DNA from: Clostridiales bacterium
GTDB taxonomy: Bacteria; Bacillota; Clostridia; Oscillospirales; CAG-272
Length of the DNA stretch: 64,000 nucleotides
Direction of reading: 5' to 3'
Assembly (NCBI GenBank): GCA_012727435.1
Contig: JAAYHB010000021.1
Coordinates: forward strand, 247,918 to 311,917
The notes under the pieces were generated by a model, which was given only the letters and a program-made list of their open reading frames with translations, did no database searches and had not been told where the DNA came from. Of this stretch, positions 38,013-47,102 are shown one piece after another. The number at the start of each line of letters is the position of its first letter. The first letter of the stretch is position 1. The translations under genes were made by a program, and so were the position numbers.

Positions 38013-39014
38013 ATGAAAAAAGCACTTCGGATAATGTGGGCACTTATGGTTTTTTCAATTGCGTTGACCCTTCTTGGCGCGATACCGGCAAGCGCTACTG
38101 TCATTGAGGTTCCGCCTTTGCTCATGACAGAGTTCGCCATGAACCCCAGCGGCACGGATTACAGAAGCGAGTATGTTGAAATATACAACTGCACCTCGGA
38201 GCCCATAAATCTCAAGGACTATAAGCTGGCTTATCAGAACACCTCAGCCAGAAACTCCGGAATAATACTGTTTAACGAAATCACCAAATACGCCAAGTCC
38301 GACATTCAGAAGAACGGCAAGGTCGAGCCCGAGCAGGCCATGATTGAGCCGGGCAAGTGCGCCGTTATCTGGATTAAGGGCAATAGCGGCGACAGTAACG
38401 CCTCGGAGTGGACGACCGAAGATTTTCTTGCTTACTATGAGAATCCCGCCGATGTCAACATGTTCATTGCCGAGCATGACATAACCTCATCAAGCCAATT
38501 TGTAAACGGCGGCAATTTCTATATGGTTAACAATTCGGGAGATACATGGATTTACCTGTATCTTGTCCGGAAGGAAGCTACCGTTGACGACTGGCAAAAC
38601 CACATTATAACCGGTTTTGAGTCAGTGGTCGCGGACTTTGCAACCGATTCGTATGTCCACCTGCAGTTCGACCCGACAAATGGCCTGACCAAAGTTTATT
38701 CAATAGTATCGGGTGGTCGGAGTCTGGCCAATCCATATCTCGGAATTATAATGGAAGAGCAGGACCCCTTCTTTGGCCCCGTCACCACTACCACGCCTGA
38801 AGAAACCACGACATCAGCACCCGAAACTTCGGAAAAGGAAGAAGGAACCACCACCGCACCTCCGTCCGCTGTTGATACTACGACCGTTGGCAACACAACC
38901 ACAGCGCCCGGCAAAAAAGACGACGGCAAAAAAAGCTGTAAGAGCACAATAGGGCTCGGAGCAATGGCGCTGCTTTTGCCGGTGGCTTTTGCGGTCAAGA
39001 AAAGAAAGAGATAA
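38013..39014 (+). CDS. lamin-tail-domain (LTD) surface protein with a Thr-rich stalk and C-terminal TM anchor
   Basis: Signal peptide. LMTEFAMNPSGTDYRSEYVEIYNCTSEPINLKDYKL is the LTD signature. TTT-rich linker, and a terminal GLGAMALLLPVAFAVKKRKR. Confidence 0.75.
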   Translation: MKKALRIMWALMVFSIALTLLGAIPASATVIEVPPLLMTEFAMNPSGTDYRSEYVEIYNCTSEPINLKDYKLAYQNTSARNSGIILFNEITKYAKSDIQKNGKVEPEQAMIEPGKCAVIWIKGNSGDSNASEWTTEDFLAYYENPADVNMFIAEHDITSSSQFVNGGNFYMVNNSGDTWIYLYLVRKEATVDDWQNHIITGFESVVADFATDSYVHLQFDPTNGLTKVYSIVSGGRSLANPYLGIIMEEQDPFFGPVTTTTPEETTTSAPETSEKEEGTTTAPPSAVDTTTVGNTTTAPGKKDDGKKSCKSTIGLGAMALLLPVAFAVKKRKR

Positions 39015-39061
39015 AAGCAACAGGTACATAGTTACCGGCAGGAAGGCTGTCGGAGAAGCGG

Positions 39062-39104
39062 GCTGCCGCAAATCAGACTGATTTGCGGCAGCTCCATTTT
39101 TATT
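39062..39104 (+). terminator. rho-independent terminator
   Basis: GCTGCCGCAAATC-agact-GATTTGCGGCAGC followed by TCCATTTTTATT. Confidence 0.8.
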
Positions 39105-39242
39105 ATGCTCATTTCCGTATGTTTTAAATTTTCATAATTTTTCCGGAACTTTTTTTGTCCTGCTTCGTCCTTGTGTTATAGACGTCATTTATCAGGGCCG
39201 CAAAATATATGGCTGCCAGTATAAAACAGGGAGGGGATATAT

Positions 39243-40763
39243 TTGAACGTTTTCAAAAGAGGCCTTATCAGCATTGTACGCAGGCCGGGGAAATCGGCCA
39301 TTCTGTTTATACTAATTCTGGTACTGAGCAACATAATCGCCGGCGCGATATCGGTCAAGAACGCGCTGGTCAACACCGAGAACGCCATACTTGAGAAAAT
39401 GGGCGTTGAGGTTACAATCGAGTACAACTGGTTGGACATAACCGATGCCACGCCGTCAATCACCCCCGAGATGGTGGAGACAATAGGGCAGTCGGAATAT
39501 GTCAAAGAATATGACTATTCAACGACGTATTATATGGAAGCCCGGGGGGTGAAGAATTATTATTCCGATTACTACTATGATGGAAACGGCTCGTTCACGA
39601 TTACCGGCGGCCGGAATACCACGCTTCAGGATGTCAGAAGCGGGGACATAACAATTAAGGAAGGCCGGACATATACCCGGGAGGAAATTGAGAGCGGGGC
39701 GCCTGTTTTGCTGATTTCCGACAAGGTGGCGCAGCTAAACGACCTGAGCGTGGGCTCGAGCGTCACATTCCTCTATACCCTTTATGACTACTCGGACATT
39801 GTCTACAGGAAGTATGCGGCAGAAGGCGACTTCGATATACCGGTTTTGCCGATCGAACCATGGGAGCCGAAGGTTATAAAGACTTTTGAGTTTGAATTCA
39901 AAATCATTGGTATCTTTTCAGCCAAACCCATGCGCTATACCGACTGGAACGGCAATATCGTAGAGACCGACAGCCCGCTCCTCAACACGTTCTACACCGT
40001 CAACAAGGCGATAAACGCCTGCATAAATGAAATACGGAAGGAAGCGCAGGCTGCCGGTGTACCCGACAACATATACATCAACACCGCGGCGGTTTTCATC
40101 TTAAAACACCCCGACTATGTTGAGCTGTTCGAGTCCCAGAACAAGCAGCATCTTCCCAAAGGACTGGTGTTCAAGAACAACGCCAAGTCATTCGAAAGCA
40201 TCCGCACCCCGATGGCAAACGTTGAATGGATAGCCGAAATAGTCATGTGGGTTGCAGTCGGCGCGACGGTTCTGATTATCAGCCTTCTTGTCACCCTGTT
40301 TTTGCGTGACCGCAGGCACGAGATGGGCATATATCTGGCGCTCGGAGCTCGCAAGGGTGCGATAGTCACCCAGATTCTGACCGAGGTGCTGGTAGTTGCC
40401 CTGATTGCCGTCACGCTGTCGGTATTCACCGGCAACCTGTTGGCCTCCAACATGTCGGCCACAATGCTTGAAAATCAACTGACCGAGGAGCAGAAAAACG
40501 AGACAGACGGAGGACGTGACGTAATACCTTTCAGCGACATCGGCATATCTTCCTCCAAGAGCATCGGAATTTTACCAGTTCCCATTGAGGAAGAAGATAC
40601 CGGCCGGATTACTACCGAGGATGTCATGGAAATGTACAAGGTCAGACTTGATCTGAAGACCGTGCTCTTCATATACCTTATCGGGATGGGCAGCGTGCTG
40701 ATCTCGACGCTGGTTCCGATTATATACACGCTGCGGCTGAAGCCCCGGCAGATACTGATGTAA
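39243..40763 (+). CDS. FtsX/MacB-type ABC transporter permease with a large extracytoplasmic domain
   Basis: TTG start with GGGAGGGG upstream. TM1 (SAILFILILVLSNIIAGAI), about 270 aa of periplasmic-type domain, then a C-terminal FtsX 3-TM bundle (RRHEMGIYLALGARKG). Confidence 0.8.
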   Translation: MNVFKRGLISIVRRPGKSAILFILILVLSNIIAGAISVKNALVNTENAILEKMGVEVTIEYNWLDITDATPSITPEMVETIGQSEYVKEYDYSTTYYMEARGVKNYYSDYYYDGNGSFTITGGRNTTLQDVRSGDITIKEGRTYTREEIESGAPVLLISDKVAQLNDLSVGSSVTFLYTLYDYSDIVYRKYAAEGDFDIPVLPIEPWEPKVIKTFEFEFKIIGIFSAKPMRYTDWNGNIVETDSPLLNTFYTVNKAINACINEIRKEAQAAGVPDNIYINTAAVFILKHPDYVELFESQNKQHLPKGLVFKNNAKSFESIRTPMANVEWIAEIVMWVAVGATVLIISLLVTLFLRDRRHEMGIYLALGARKGAIVTQILTEVLVVALIAVTLSVFTGNLLASNMSATMLENQLTEEQKNETDGGRDVIPFSDIGISSSKSIGILPVPIEEEDTGRITTEDVMEMYKVRLDLKTVLFIYLIGMGSVLISTLVPIIYTLRLKPRQILM

Positions 40764-40776
40764 GGGGGAGTGTGTC

Positions 40777-41466
40777 GTGCCTAACATATTATCTGTAAGA
40801 AACCTTAACTATTATTATCAGGACGGCGACACCCGTCGCTTTATCCTCCGGGACGTATCCTATGATTTTGAGCGCGGCAGATTTTATGTAATCCTCGGCG
40901 AGTCGGGCAGCGGCAAGACTACCTTCCTTTCGATGATTGCAGCGCTTGACACGCCGAAGAGCGGCGAAATTCTCTTCGAGGGCGTGGATATCAGACGCAT
41001 CGGGTATGAGAATTACCGCCGAAACAAGGCGGGTATGGTTTTCCAGAGCTACAACCTGATTCCCTACATGACGGCGGTTGAGAATGTTCTTGTCGCCATG
41101 AGCATAACCCAGAACAAACTGCCAGCGGACAAGAAGGAGACTGCCTATAACCTGCTTCAGTATGTCGGCATCGACAAGGCAAAGGCCAACAGGACGGTCA
41201 ACAAGCTTTCGGGCGGCGAGCAGCAGCGTGTGGCAATAGCCCGCGCGGTTGCAACAGATGTTGATCTGATTTTGGCCGACGAGCCGACGGGTAACCTCGA
41301 TGAGGAAACCGAAGCCGGAATAGTCGAGATATTCAAATCACTGGCGCACGATTACAACAAATGCGTGATAGTCGTAACTCACTCGTCTGAGATTGCGGCA
41401 CAGGCAGATGAAGTAATCCGTCTTAAAAAAGGAGTGTTTCTGAACGATGGCCAATTTTCTGGATAA
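40777..41466 (+). CDS. ABC transporter ATP-binding protein (MacB/LolD-like)
   Basis: GTG start with AAGGGGGAG upstream. Walker [10 protein letters not shown], signature [14 protein letters not shown], Walker [13 protein letters not shown]. Confidence 0.9.
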   Translation: MPNILSVRNLNYYYQDGDTRRFILRDVSYDFERGRFYVILGESGSGKTTFLSMIAALDTPKSGEILFEGVDIRRIGYENYRRNKAGMVFQSYNLIPYMTAVENVLVAMSITQNKLPADKKETAYNLLQYVGIDKAKANRTVNKLSGGEQQRVAIARAVATDVDLILADEPTGNLDEETEAGIVEIFKSLAHDYNKCVIVVTHSSEIAAQADEVIRLKKGVFLNDGQFSG

Positions 41467-43345
41467 GCTGAACCAGCAGGCGGCAGAGGGTTCGATAACC
41501 TCGCCGGCCGATTCTGTTAAAAAGCCGGCAGGCACAGCCGGCGCCACGCCTGTCAAAAATACCGGGGTGACAGGGGAGGAGGCCGGAGTGCCCCAAAAGC
41601 CGATTACCAAGCCGGCAGGTGAGACTTCAAAGCCGGCAGGGACAGTCCCCGCACCAAGTTCTGCGCCGGCTTCAAGGCCGACCGTCCGGCAGGAGGAACC
41701 GAAGTTTGCCGGAATGCCGGGGGGCGGGATCAAGACAATCGAGCATGAAATCGAAATTGACAGAAACTACGGCAGCAAGCGCTTTCTGCGCATAATGCTG
41801 ACCATTATATTGCTGCTCGCGGTTGCCGCGGGGCTTGTGTTCGCCGTGAGGTACTTCATGATGGTGGAGCTCCCCGACTTTGAGGGCAAGACAATCGCCG
41901 AGATGAGGAAGTGGTGCCTCGACAACAAGCTGTACCTCACCGAAAAAACGGTCTACAGCATGGAGATCGAGGAGGACTATATCATTTCACAGTCAATACC
42001 CGGAGGCACAAAAGTGGCCCCGAAAAAGACGATCGAAGTCACATACAGCCTCGGTGCCGACCCGAACGAAAAGATACCGGTGCCCGACCTTATGAACATG
42101 ACGCCGCCGCAAATCCGGGAATGGATTGACGAGAACAAACTCAGCAATGTCTATATATACGAAGAGTACAGCAATGAATATCCTGTGGGGGCGGTCACCC
42201 GCTACCAGTTCGGAAATCTGACTGTTGACGAGACCAATTTCAGGCGCAGCGATAGCCTCACTATTTACGTCTCAAGGGGCAAACAGGCGTCATACACAGA
42301 ACGGAAGCTCAAGAATTTTGTCGGTCTGCTCCGCAGCGAGGCCGAGTCATGGTGCTCACAGAACGGAATGACTGCAGTCTTTACCACGATACTCTCGGAG
42401 GAGGTGGCAGAAGGCCGTATTATCTCCCAGAGCATTGAGCCCGACACCGGAATCGAGCCCGGCACAGTAATTGAGTTCGTCGTGTCGGAGGGTCCGGGAC
42501 TGATTGTCCCCGACTATTCCAGGGTTTACAAAGAGGACGTCATGTCGGCGGCTCAGGGATTCAATGTCAACGTGGTGCTGAAGTACAGCGCGACGGTCCC
42601 CTACGGCGGGTTTATCTCGCAGTCTGTGGCGGCCGGCACCCGGGTACATCCGAAAGACAACAATATAACGGTTGAATACTCGCTGGGCAAACCCTACCTG
42701 CCCAATTTTGTGGGGATGAGCGAAGCCTCGCTTCCCGAGCTGTTTTATGATTTCAACCGCAAGGGCGCCTCTCTTGTCTATTCTATAACCTATGTAACCT
42801 CAACCGCTCAAAAAGGCACCATAGTCAAGGCTTCCAAAAACTCCGAGGCGGTTGATTTGAATGCCGTAATCGAGTTTGAGGTCAGCAACGGCCTTGGCGT
42901 CGAGCCTCCTCCGAAGCAGGAAGACCCGGTGGTACTTATTCGGGTTCCGGATTATTCGGGTGTGCTCAGGGAAAATGCGGCCGAGCTTGAGCCGAGAATT
43001 TACCTTGTTATTGAGACGAAATACAGTGATACGGTACCCTACGGCGCGCTGATATCCCAGTCGGTGCAGCCGGGCGGCTATGTGACACAGGAGAAAAACA
43101 AGGTCACGCTGGTTTATTCGGCCGGCAAGCCCTATATCGGCAATCTGGTCGGCAGGACCGAGAACGATCTCCCTGCAATATTCTATGAGTTTACCAAGAT
43201 GGGTGCTTCGATTACCTACGAGATAACATATGTCGATGTAGCCGATCCCTCGCAATACCCCAAGGGCACGGTAGTGGCGGTATCAAAGAGCAATGAATAC
43301 ATTTCAACGAATGAAGTTATTCAGATACAGGTGAGCAAGGGGTAA
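41447..43345 (+). CDS. membrane protein with about 7 PASTA repeats and no catalytic domain
   Basis: Overlaps the ATPase gene by 20 nt. Pro/Ala/Thr-rich N-terminus with KPAGT repeats, a single TM (FLRIMLTIILLLAVAAGLVFAV), then seven roughly 65-aa units with the PASTA pattern (vPDf.G....a......gl......yS..vp.G.viSQS...G..v.....i...yS.G). Confidence 0.75.
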   Translation: MANFLDKLNQQAAEGSITSPADSVKKPAGTAGATPVKNTGVTGEEAGVPQKPITKPAGETSKPAGTVPAPSSAPASRPTVRQEEPKFAGMPGGGIKTIEHEIEIDRNYGSKRFLRIMLTIILLLAVAAGLVFAVRYFMMVELPDFEGKTIAEMRKWCLDNKLYLTEKTVYSMEIEEDYIISQSIPGGTKVAPKKTIEVTYSLGADPNEKIPVPDLMNMTPPQIREWIDENKLSNVYIYEEYSNEYPVGAVTRYQFGNLTVDETNFRRSDSLTIYVSRGKQASYTERKLKNFVGLLRSEAESWCSQNGMTAVFTTILSEEVAEGRIISQSIEPDTGIEPGTVIEFVVSEGPGLIVPDYSRVYKEDVMSAAQGFNVNVVLKYSATVPYGGFISQSVAAGTRVHPKDNNITVEYSLGKPYLPNFVGMSEASLPELFYDFNRKGASLVYSITYVTSTAQKGTIVKASKNSEAVDLNAVIEFEVSNGLGVEPPPKQEDPVVLIRVPDYSGVLRENAAELEPRIYLVIETKYSDTVPYGALISQSVQPGGYVTQEKNKVTLVYSAGKPYIGNLVGRTENDLPAIFYEFTKMGASITYEITYVDVADPSQYPKGTVVAVSKSNEYISTNEVIQIQVSKG

Positions 43346-43351
43346 AATTTT

Positions 43352-43393
43352 GGGGCTGCGCAGATTAAATGATTTGCGCAGCCCCTTTTTTTT
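43352..43393 (+). terminator. rho-independent terminator
   Basis: GGGGCTGCGCAGAT-taaatg-ATTTGCGCAGCCCC followed by T8. Confidence 0.85.
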
Positions 43394-43628
43394 GATGCGA
43401 TACCCTGCGTGGTTCTTGCATGAAGGATACACACGCTGTTGTCGTTGTAACTTTTAATTCCCGTTCATTTCTGGGTTTGCTTTTCTTTTTTTGATTTGGT
43501 CTGTTAGGGGCGATCTGTGATCACCGCGCACCTTTTATAAATATCCGGCGCGCCACGCGTTTCCCCCTTTACATTCCCGCGTCCGCTAATGTCTAACGAG
43601 ATGTGCGGGATGTGGGCCGTGCTTACAT

Positions 43629-43738
43629 GGCTTTAAAGTTTTTGGGTATTCTTCAACCCCTTTTTACAAAAAGGGGTTGAAGAGGGGTCCGGGGGCAGCG
43701 CCCCCGGAGAGAAAAAACGGGATGTGGGGCAGAGCCCC
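43629..43738 (+). repeat. structured intergenic repeat, copy E (two GC modules)
   Basis: GGCTTTAAAGTTTTTGGGTATT-CTTCAACCCCTTTTT-aca-AAAAAGGGGTTGAAG-AGGGGTCCGGGGGCAGCGCCCCC...CGGGATGTGGGGCAGAGCCCC, with a perfect 15-bp stem. Confidence 0.8.
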
Positions 43739-43752
43739 TGCTTGTTTGTTCC

Positions 43753-45090
43753 TTACGAGAATTCTTCGGCTCGGTAGACCTGAAATTCGGCAACTCTGAA
43801 ATAGGTAGCCGAGGTGGAAGCTATGCTGTGGCCGTATTTCTCGGCACCGGCCACGTCCTGCGTGCGCCCGCAGGTCAGCGCAAACATTATATAGGAGGCT
43901 TCAATCGGACCGGTGATAAAGTAGTCGTAGACGTAGTGAGTCATGATAACACCCTGGGGGCTCAGGTTCCTCTCGTCGGTTATATATGACCACTTATCCT
44001 CGGCTGAGGCCCTTTCTATTGAGTAGACTACCGTCCAGTTCTGCCCGTCGGTCGAGACAAGTATGTCGAAGCCGTCAATGTCGCCTATGCGCGTGCCTGA
44101 CGTCGCGCCGACGTTTTGAGTGTAGAGCGCAAAGCTGTCCACTATGCAGGTTTGGTCAAGCTGCGTCCAGAAGCCGCAGAGATACTTGTGGTTTTCGTCT
44201 TTGACGTCTGACCTGTTGCCGTTGGCGTCAAACCAGCAGGTGGGGTTCAGGGCATAATCGTTGCCGCCGCTAAACTGGATATCGGTATAGGTCAGCGTGG
44301 TGTTGTCGTAGTAAATTTGACCGTCGTTGATATTGCCTGCGGGGCTGAATTTCTTCAGATTAAATCCATTTGATAAATCGAAAAAGGCACCGGCAAGAAT
44401 GTTGTCGCGTCCATTGGTATCATAGCAAAGATATTCCGAAGGTTTAAAGACAGGCGAGGTCGCGGGGTCGTACATAGGGTTTTCGACAAGTTTACCTTCA
44501 GCGTTACGGTAGTGCTGAGGAATGAAATCGTCTTTTAATCTTATCACATAGCTGATTTTGTAAGTGTAGTTTTTGTTGGTGGCCATCGGAACAATCCATT
44601 CGTCAAACACAGCCTTTTGAGGGTCTTCGGTCTGTGCGGTAGGGTCTGAGTGCCATATTGAGTCATGGCCCGTAGCGTAAAAGGTCTGGTCGCCGCGGTA
44701 AATAAAGGTGTGCTGCGGGTTTGCAAGGAAAATGTCACCGGGTTTTACCTTGCCGGCCTCATATAAATCCTTGAAAGTTACATTTTCGGCTCTCAAGTCG
44801 GTAATTTCGCAGACCGGTTCAAGAAACCTGATAACCGTGTTGTAACCCGCAAAGTTGCCGTCCTTGTCGCAGTAGAATTTCAGAGACGGAGGCATGACTC
44901 CCATGTCGCGAAGTGACCAGTTGGCCGGGAAGGTGCAGTTTGCGCCTACTTTGCCCGACTTTACCATATCGTCGAAGTAGCCTGTTTGCGGAACATATAC
45001 ACTGCTGTTAGAGTAAACCCACTTCTTGCCCTCTGCTGTGCTTTTCTTCATGGTATACACATAGTATTCGCAGTAGCTGAGCAGCGCCAT
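43753..45090 (-). CDS. secreted-type protein body lacking its own signal peptide and RBS (probable 3' part of a split lipoprotein gene)
   Basis: 445-aa ORF with no SD before either candidate ATG. The C-terminal third (GFDILVSTDGQNWTVVYS...YFRVAEFQVY) looks like a discoidin/carbohydrate-binding beta-sandwich, which is a weak call. Confidence 0.5.
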   Translation of the reverse strand: MALLSYCEYYVYTMKKSTAEGKKWVYSNSSVYVPQTGYFDDMVKSGKVGANCTFPANWSLRDMGVMPPSLKFYCDKDGNFAGYNTVIRFLEPVCEITDLRAENVTFKDLYEAGKVKPGDIFLANPQHTFIYRGDQTFYATGHDSIWHSDPTAQTEDPQKAVFDEWIVPMATNKNYTYKISYVIRLKDDFIPQHYRNAEGKLVENPMYDPATSPVFKPSEYLCYDTNGRDNILAGAFFDLSNGFNLKKFSPAGNINDGQIYYDNTTLTYTDIQFSGGNDYALNPTCWFDANGNRSDVKDENHKYLCGFWTQLDQTCIVDSFALYTQNVGATSGTRIGDIDGFDILVSTDGQNWTVVYSIERASAEDKWSYITDERNLSPQGVIMTHYVYDYFITGPIEASYIMFALTCGRTQDVAGAEKYGHSIASTSATYFRVAEFQVYRAEEFS

Positions 45091-45113
45091 GACTGCCGGG
45101 CTGACCGATTCAC

Positions 45114-45377
45114 TTATTGCACTTTGGCATAGTTGTCGTTGTAGAAAAGCTCGCGGGCAGCCGGGCCTGTTTGATTGACAGGTTCCATAGTAGTGGTTTG
45201 ATCTCCTTGCTCGGTGGTTTGAGAGAGGGGCGTCGTTTCCTCGGCACCCGGTGCCGTTGTGGCGGCTGCCGTTGTGGTTTCATCGGGCGTCATTGGCGGA
45301 TTTTGGGAACAGGATACGAGCGAGGTAACTAACATGACTAAAACCAGGCAAAACGTTGAGATTTTGATAGGTTTCAT
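45114..45377 (-). CDS. lipoprotein signal peptide plus Thr-rich linker fragment (probable 5' part of the same split gene)
   Basis: MKPIKISTFCLVLVMLVTSLVSC lipobox, then a TTTAAATTAPGAEETT linker. It stops 23 nt before the next ORF, whose frame is open across the junction. Confidence 0.5.
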   Translation of the reverse strand: MKPIKISTFCLVLVMLVTSLVSCSQNPPMTPDETTTAAATTAPGAEETTPLSQTTEQGDQTTTMEPVNQTGPAARELFYNDNYAKVQ

Positions 45378-45571
45378 GGCTTTTCTCCTCGTATACTAAA
45401 TATTTCGGGCCGGACCCCAATCTGATTATACAGTTTTTTCCGTGTGACGTCAATAAACTTTGTGACATCACTTTTTTCAAACCGTACTGCCGCTCGAAAA
45501 AGCCGGACGGCTTCAGCTGCCCGACTAAGTGAACTTACGGTGCGGGGTACGCACTGTAATAATCGCAATTT

Positions 45572-45647
45572 GGTTTAAAAGTTTCTTGGGAATTCTCAAG
45601 ACCTTTTTTCAAAAAAGTCTTAAGCGGGGAATCGGGGGCAGAGCCCC
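45572..45647 (+). repeat. structured intergenic repeat, copy F
   Basis: GGTTTAAAAGTTTCTTGGGAATTCTCAAGACCTTTTTTCAAAAAAGTCTTAAGCGGGGAATCGGGGGCAGAGCCCC. Confidence 0.8.
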
Positions 45648-45650
45648 TCA

Positions 45651-46199
45651 TTAGTTATCCGGCTTTAGCCCTGCGCGGCGGAGGGCGACGACCAGCGGGG
45701 GAATGAGAAGTATCTGAATGACAATGCCGGGGATTGCCACCACGATAGTGCCGCTCCAGAAGGCTGAGAAGCTGAACTCTGTGTTGCCCAGCCCGGCGAT
45801 AATGAACAGAGCCGCTCCCGAGACCAGCCGCCCGGCAATCATTGAAAGTATAAGATTTATGTATATATACGGGATTTTTTTCGGCAGAAATTTGATAAGC
45901 AGGCCGGTCAGTGCACCGTACGCAGCAAGCTCGAAGATCATTGCAACCCCGACAGGGAAGAGCGGAGGCATTCCGAACAAGGCCGAGCTGATAATCGGGG
46001 AGACAAGGCCGACTGCCAGCCCCCACGGCCAGCCGCAGACAAAGCCGCAGAGGAGAACCGGCAGGTGCATCGGCAGGAGTACTCTGCCCAAATCCCCGAA
46101 CTGGTGGAAAACCTGGGGCAGGAGCAGGGCGATGGCAAGGAACATTGCCGAATAGGTGAGTTTTTTCAGGCGAAGGCGAAGAAATTCAGACGCTTTCAT
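45651..46199 (-). CDS. ECF-transporter S (substrate-capture) component, substrate unknown
   Basis: 182 aa with about 6 TM helices. The overall pattern is that of ECF S components (LPMHLPVLLCGFVCGWPWG...). AAAGGAG RBS. Confidence 0.55.
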   Translation of the reverse strand: MKASEFLRLRLKKLTYSAMFLAIALLLPQVFHQFGDLGRVLLPMHLPVLLCGFVCGWPWGLAVGLVSPIISSALFGMPPLFPVGVAMIFELAAYGALTGLLIKFLPKKIPYIYINLILSMIAGRLVSGAALFIIAGLGNTEFSFSAFWSGTIVVAIPGIVIQILLIPPLVVALRRAGLKPDN

Positions 46200-46285
46200 A
46201 AAAAACTCCTTTAAGGTTTGTTTGGACTAAGAAGCCTGCAGACCGGCAGCCGCTTTGTGATATAATACCTCTGCTACCAAATATG

Positions 46286-46314
46286 TTGACAGGGCGGGCG
46301 GGAAAATATATAAT
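46286..46314 (+). promoter_or_regulatory. consensus sigma-A promoter for the cyclase gene
   Basis: TTGACA (46286-91), a 17-nt spacer, then TATAAT (46309-14). Confidence 0.6.
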
Positions 46315-46346
46315 TAACAGGAAAAGCCAACTAAGAGGAAAAATCA

Positions 46347-46994
46347 ATGAAAATAATAGATCTGACGCACACGATAGCCCCCGGTATGCCGGTATATCCC
46401 GGCGACGGCAGGCCGCAGGTTTTCCCGGTCCGCACCTGCGAGGCAGACGGCCACCGTGAAACCGCGATTCAGCTCTACTCGCACACCGGCACCCATGTCG
46501 ATACGCCGGGTCATGTATTTCCCCGGGGAAGGTTGCTTGATGCGTTTGACATCTCGTCTTTTGTCGGTACCGGCCTTGTGATAGACGCCTCGGACGTCGG
46601 GGCCGGGGGGCGTGTCGGTATTTCATATATTGAAAAGAACAAAAAGAAGGCCGAGAGCGCCGATTTCCTGCTCTTTTACACAGGATGGGACAGATACTGG
46701 GGCTCAGATGGGTATATGCGTAATTATCCGGTAATTACCATTGAGGTCGCCGACTATCTGATAGAGACCCGAAAGCGCGGAGTTGGGCTTGACACGCCAA
46801 GTCTTGACCCGGCTGGCGGCCCGACCCCGCTTGTGCTTCACTACCGGCTGCTCGGGCAGGAACGCGGGTTTCTTATGTTTGAAAACCTCTGCAACTTAGG
46901 GCTGGTCGGCGACAATCTCTTTACATTTGCCGCGCTTCCGGTAAAATGTGCGGGGGCCGACGGTTCGCCGGTCCGTGCGGTTGCCATATTGTAA
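46347..46994 (+). CDS. putative cyclase / kynurenine-formamidase-like metal hydrolase
   Basis: MKIIDLTHTIAPGMPVYPGD and HTGTHVDTPGH motifs of the cyclase (PF04199-type) family. Confidence 0.75.
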   Translation: MKIIDLTHTIAPGMPVYPGDGRPQVFPVRTCEADGHRETAIQLYSHTGTHVDTPGHVFPRGRLLDAFDISSFVGTGLVIDASDVGAGGRVGISYIEKNKKKAESADFLLFYTGWDRYWGSDGYMRNYPVITIEVADYLIETRKRGVGLDTPSLDPAGGPTPLVLHYRLLGQERGFLMFENLCNLGLVGDNLFTFAALPVKCAGADGSPVRAVAIL

Positions 46995-47102
46995 CACCAC
47001 GAAAGCCCCCGACCGGCGAGGGGTGACACTGATAATGGCCGGCGAATACACCCTCGGGGCTGGTTTAATGGTGAATTTGCTTTGTTAGCCCGGGGCGGGC
47101 TA

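Noticed and set aside
43455-43505. Similarity between CCGTTCATTTCTGGGTTTGCTTTTCTTTTTTT here and TTTTTCTTTTCTTTGGTTCATTTCTTTGT at 745-775.
   Set aside because: The shared part is a 10-mer (GTTCATTTCT) plus T-rich low-complexity sequence, in a different order. This is compatible with chance.
46200-46285. A possible riboswitch (for example preQ1 or a vitamin class) in the leader of the ECF S-component gene.
   Set aside because: The leader is only about 60-80 nt. I could not fold it into, or match it to, any riboswitch consensus that I know. A covariance-model scan would be needed.
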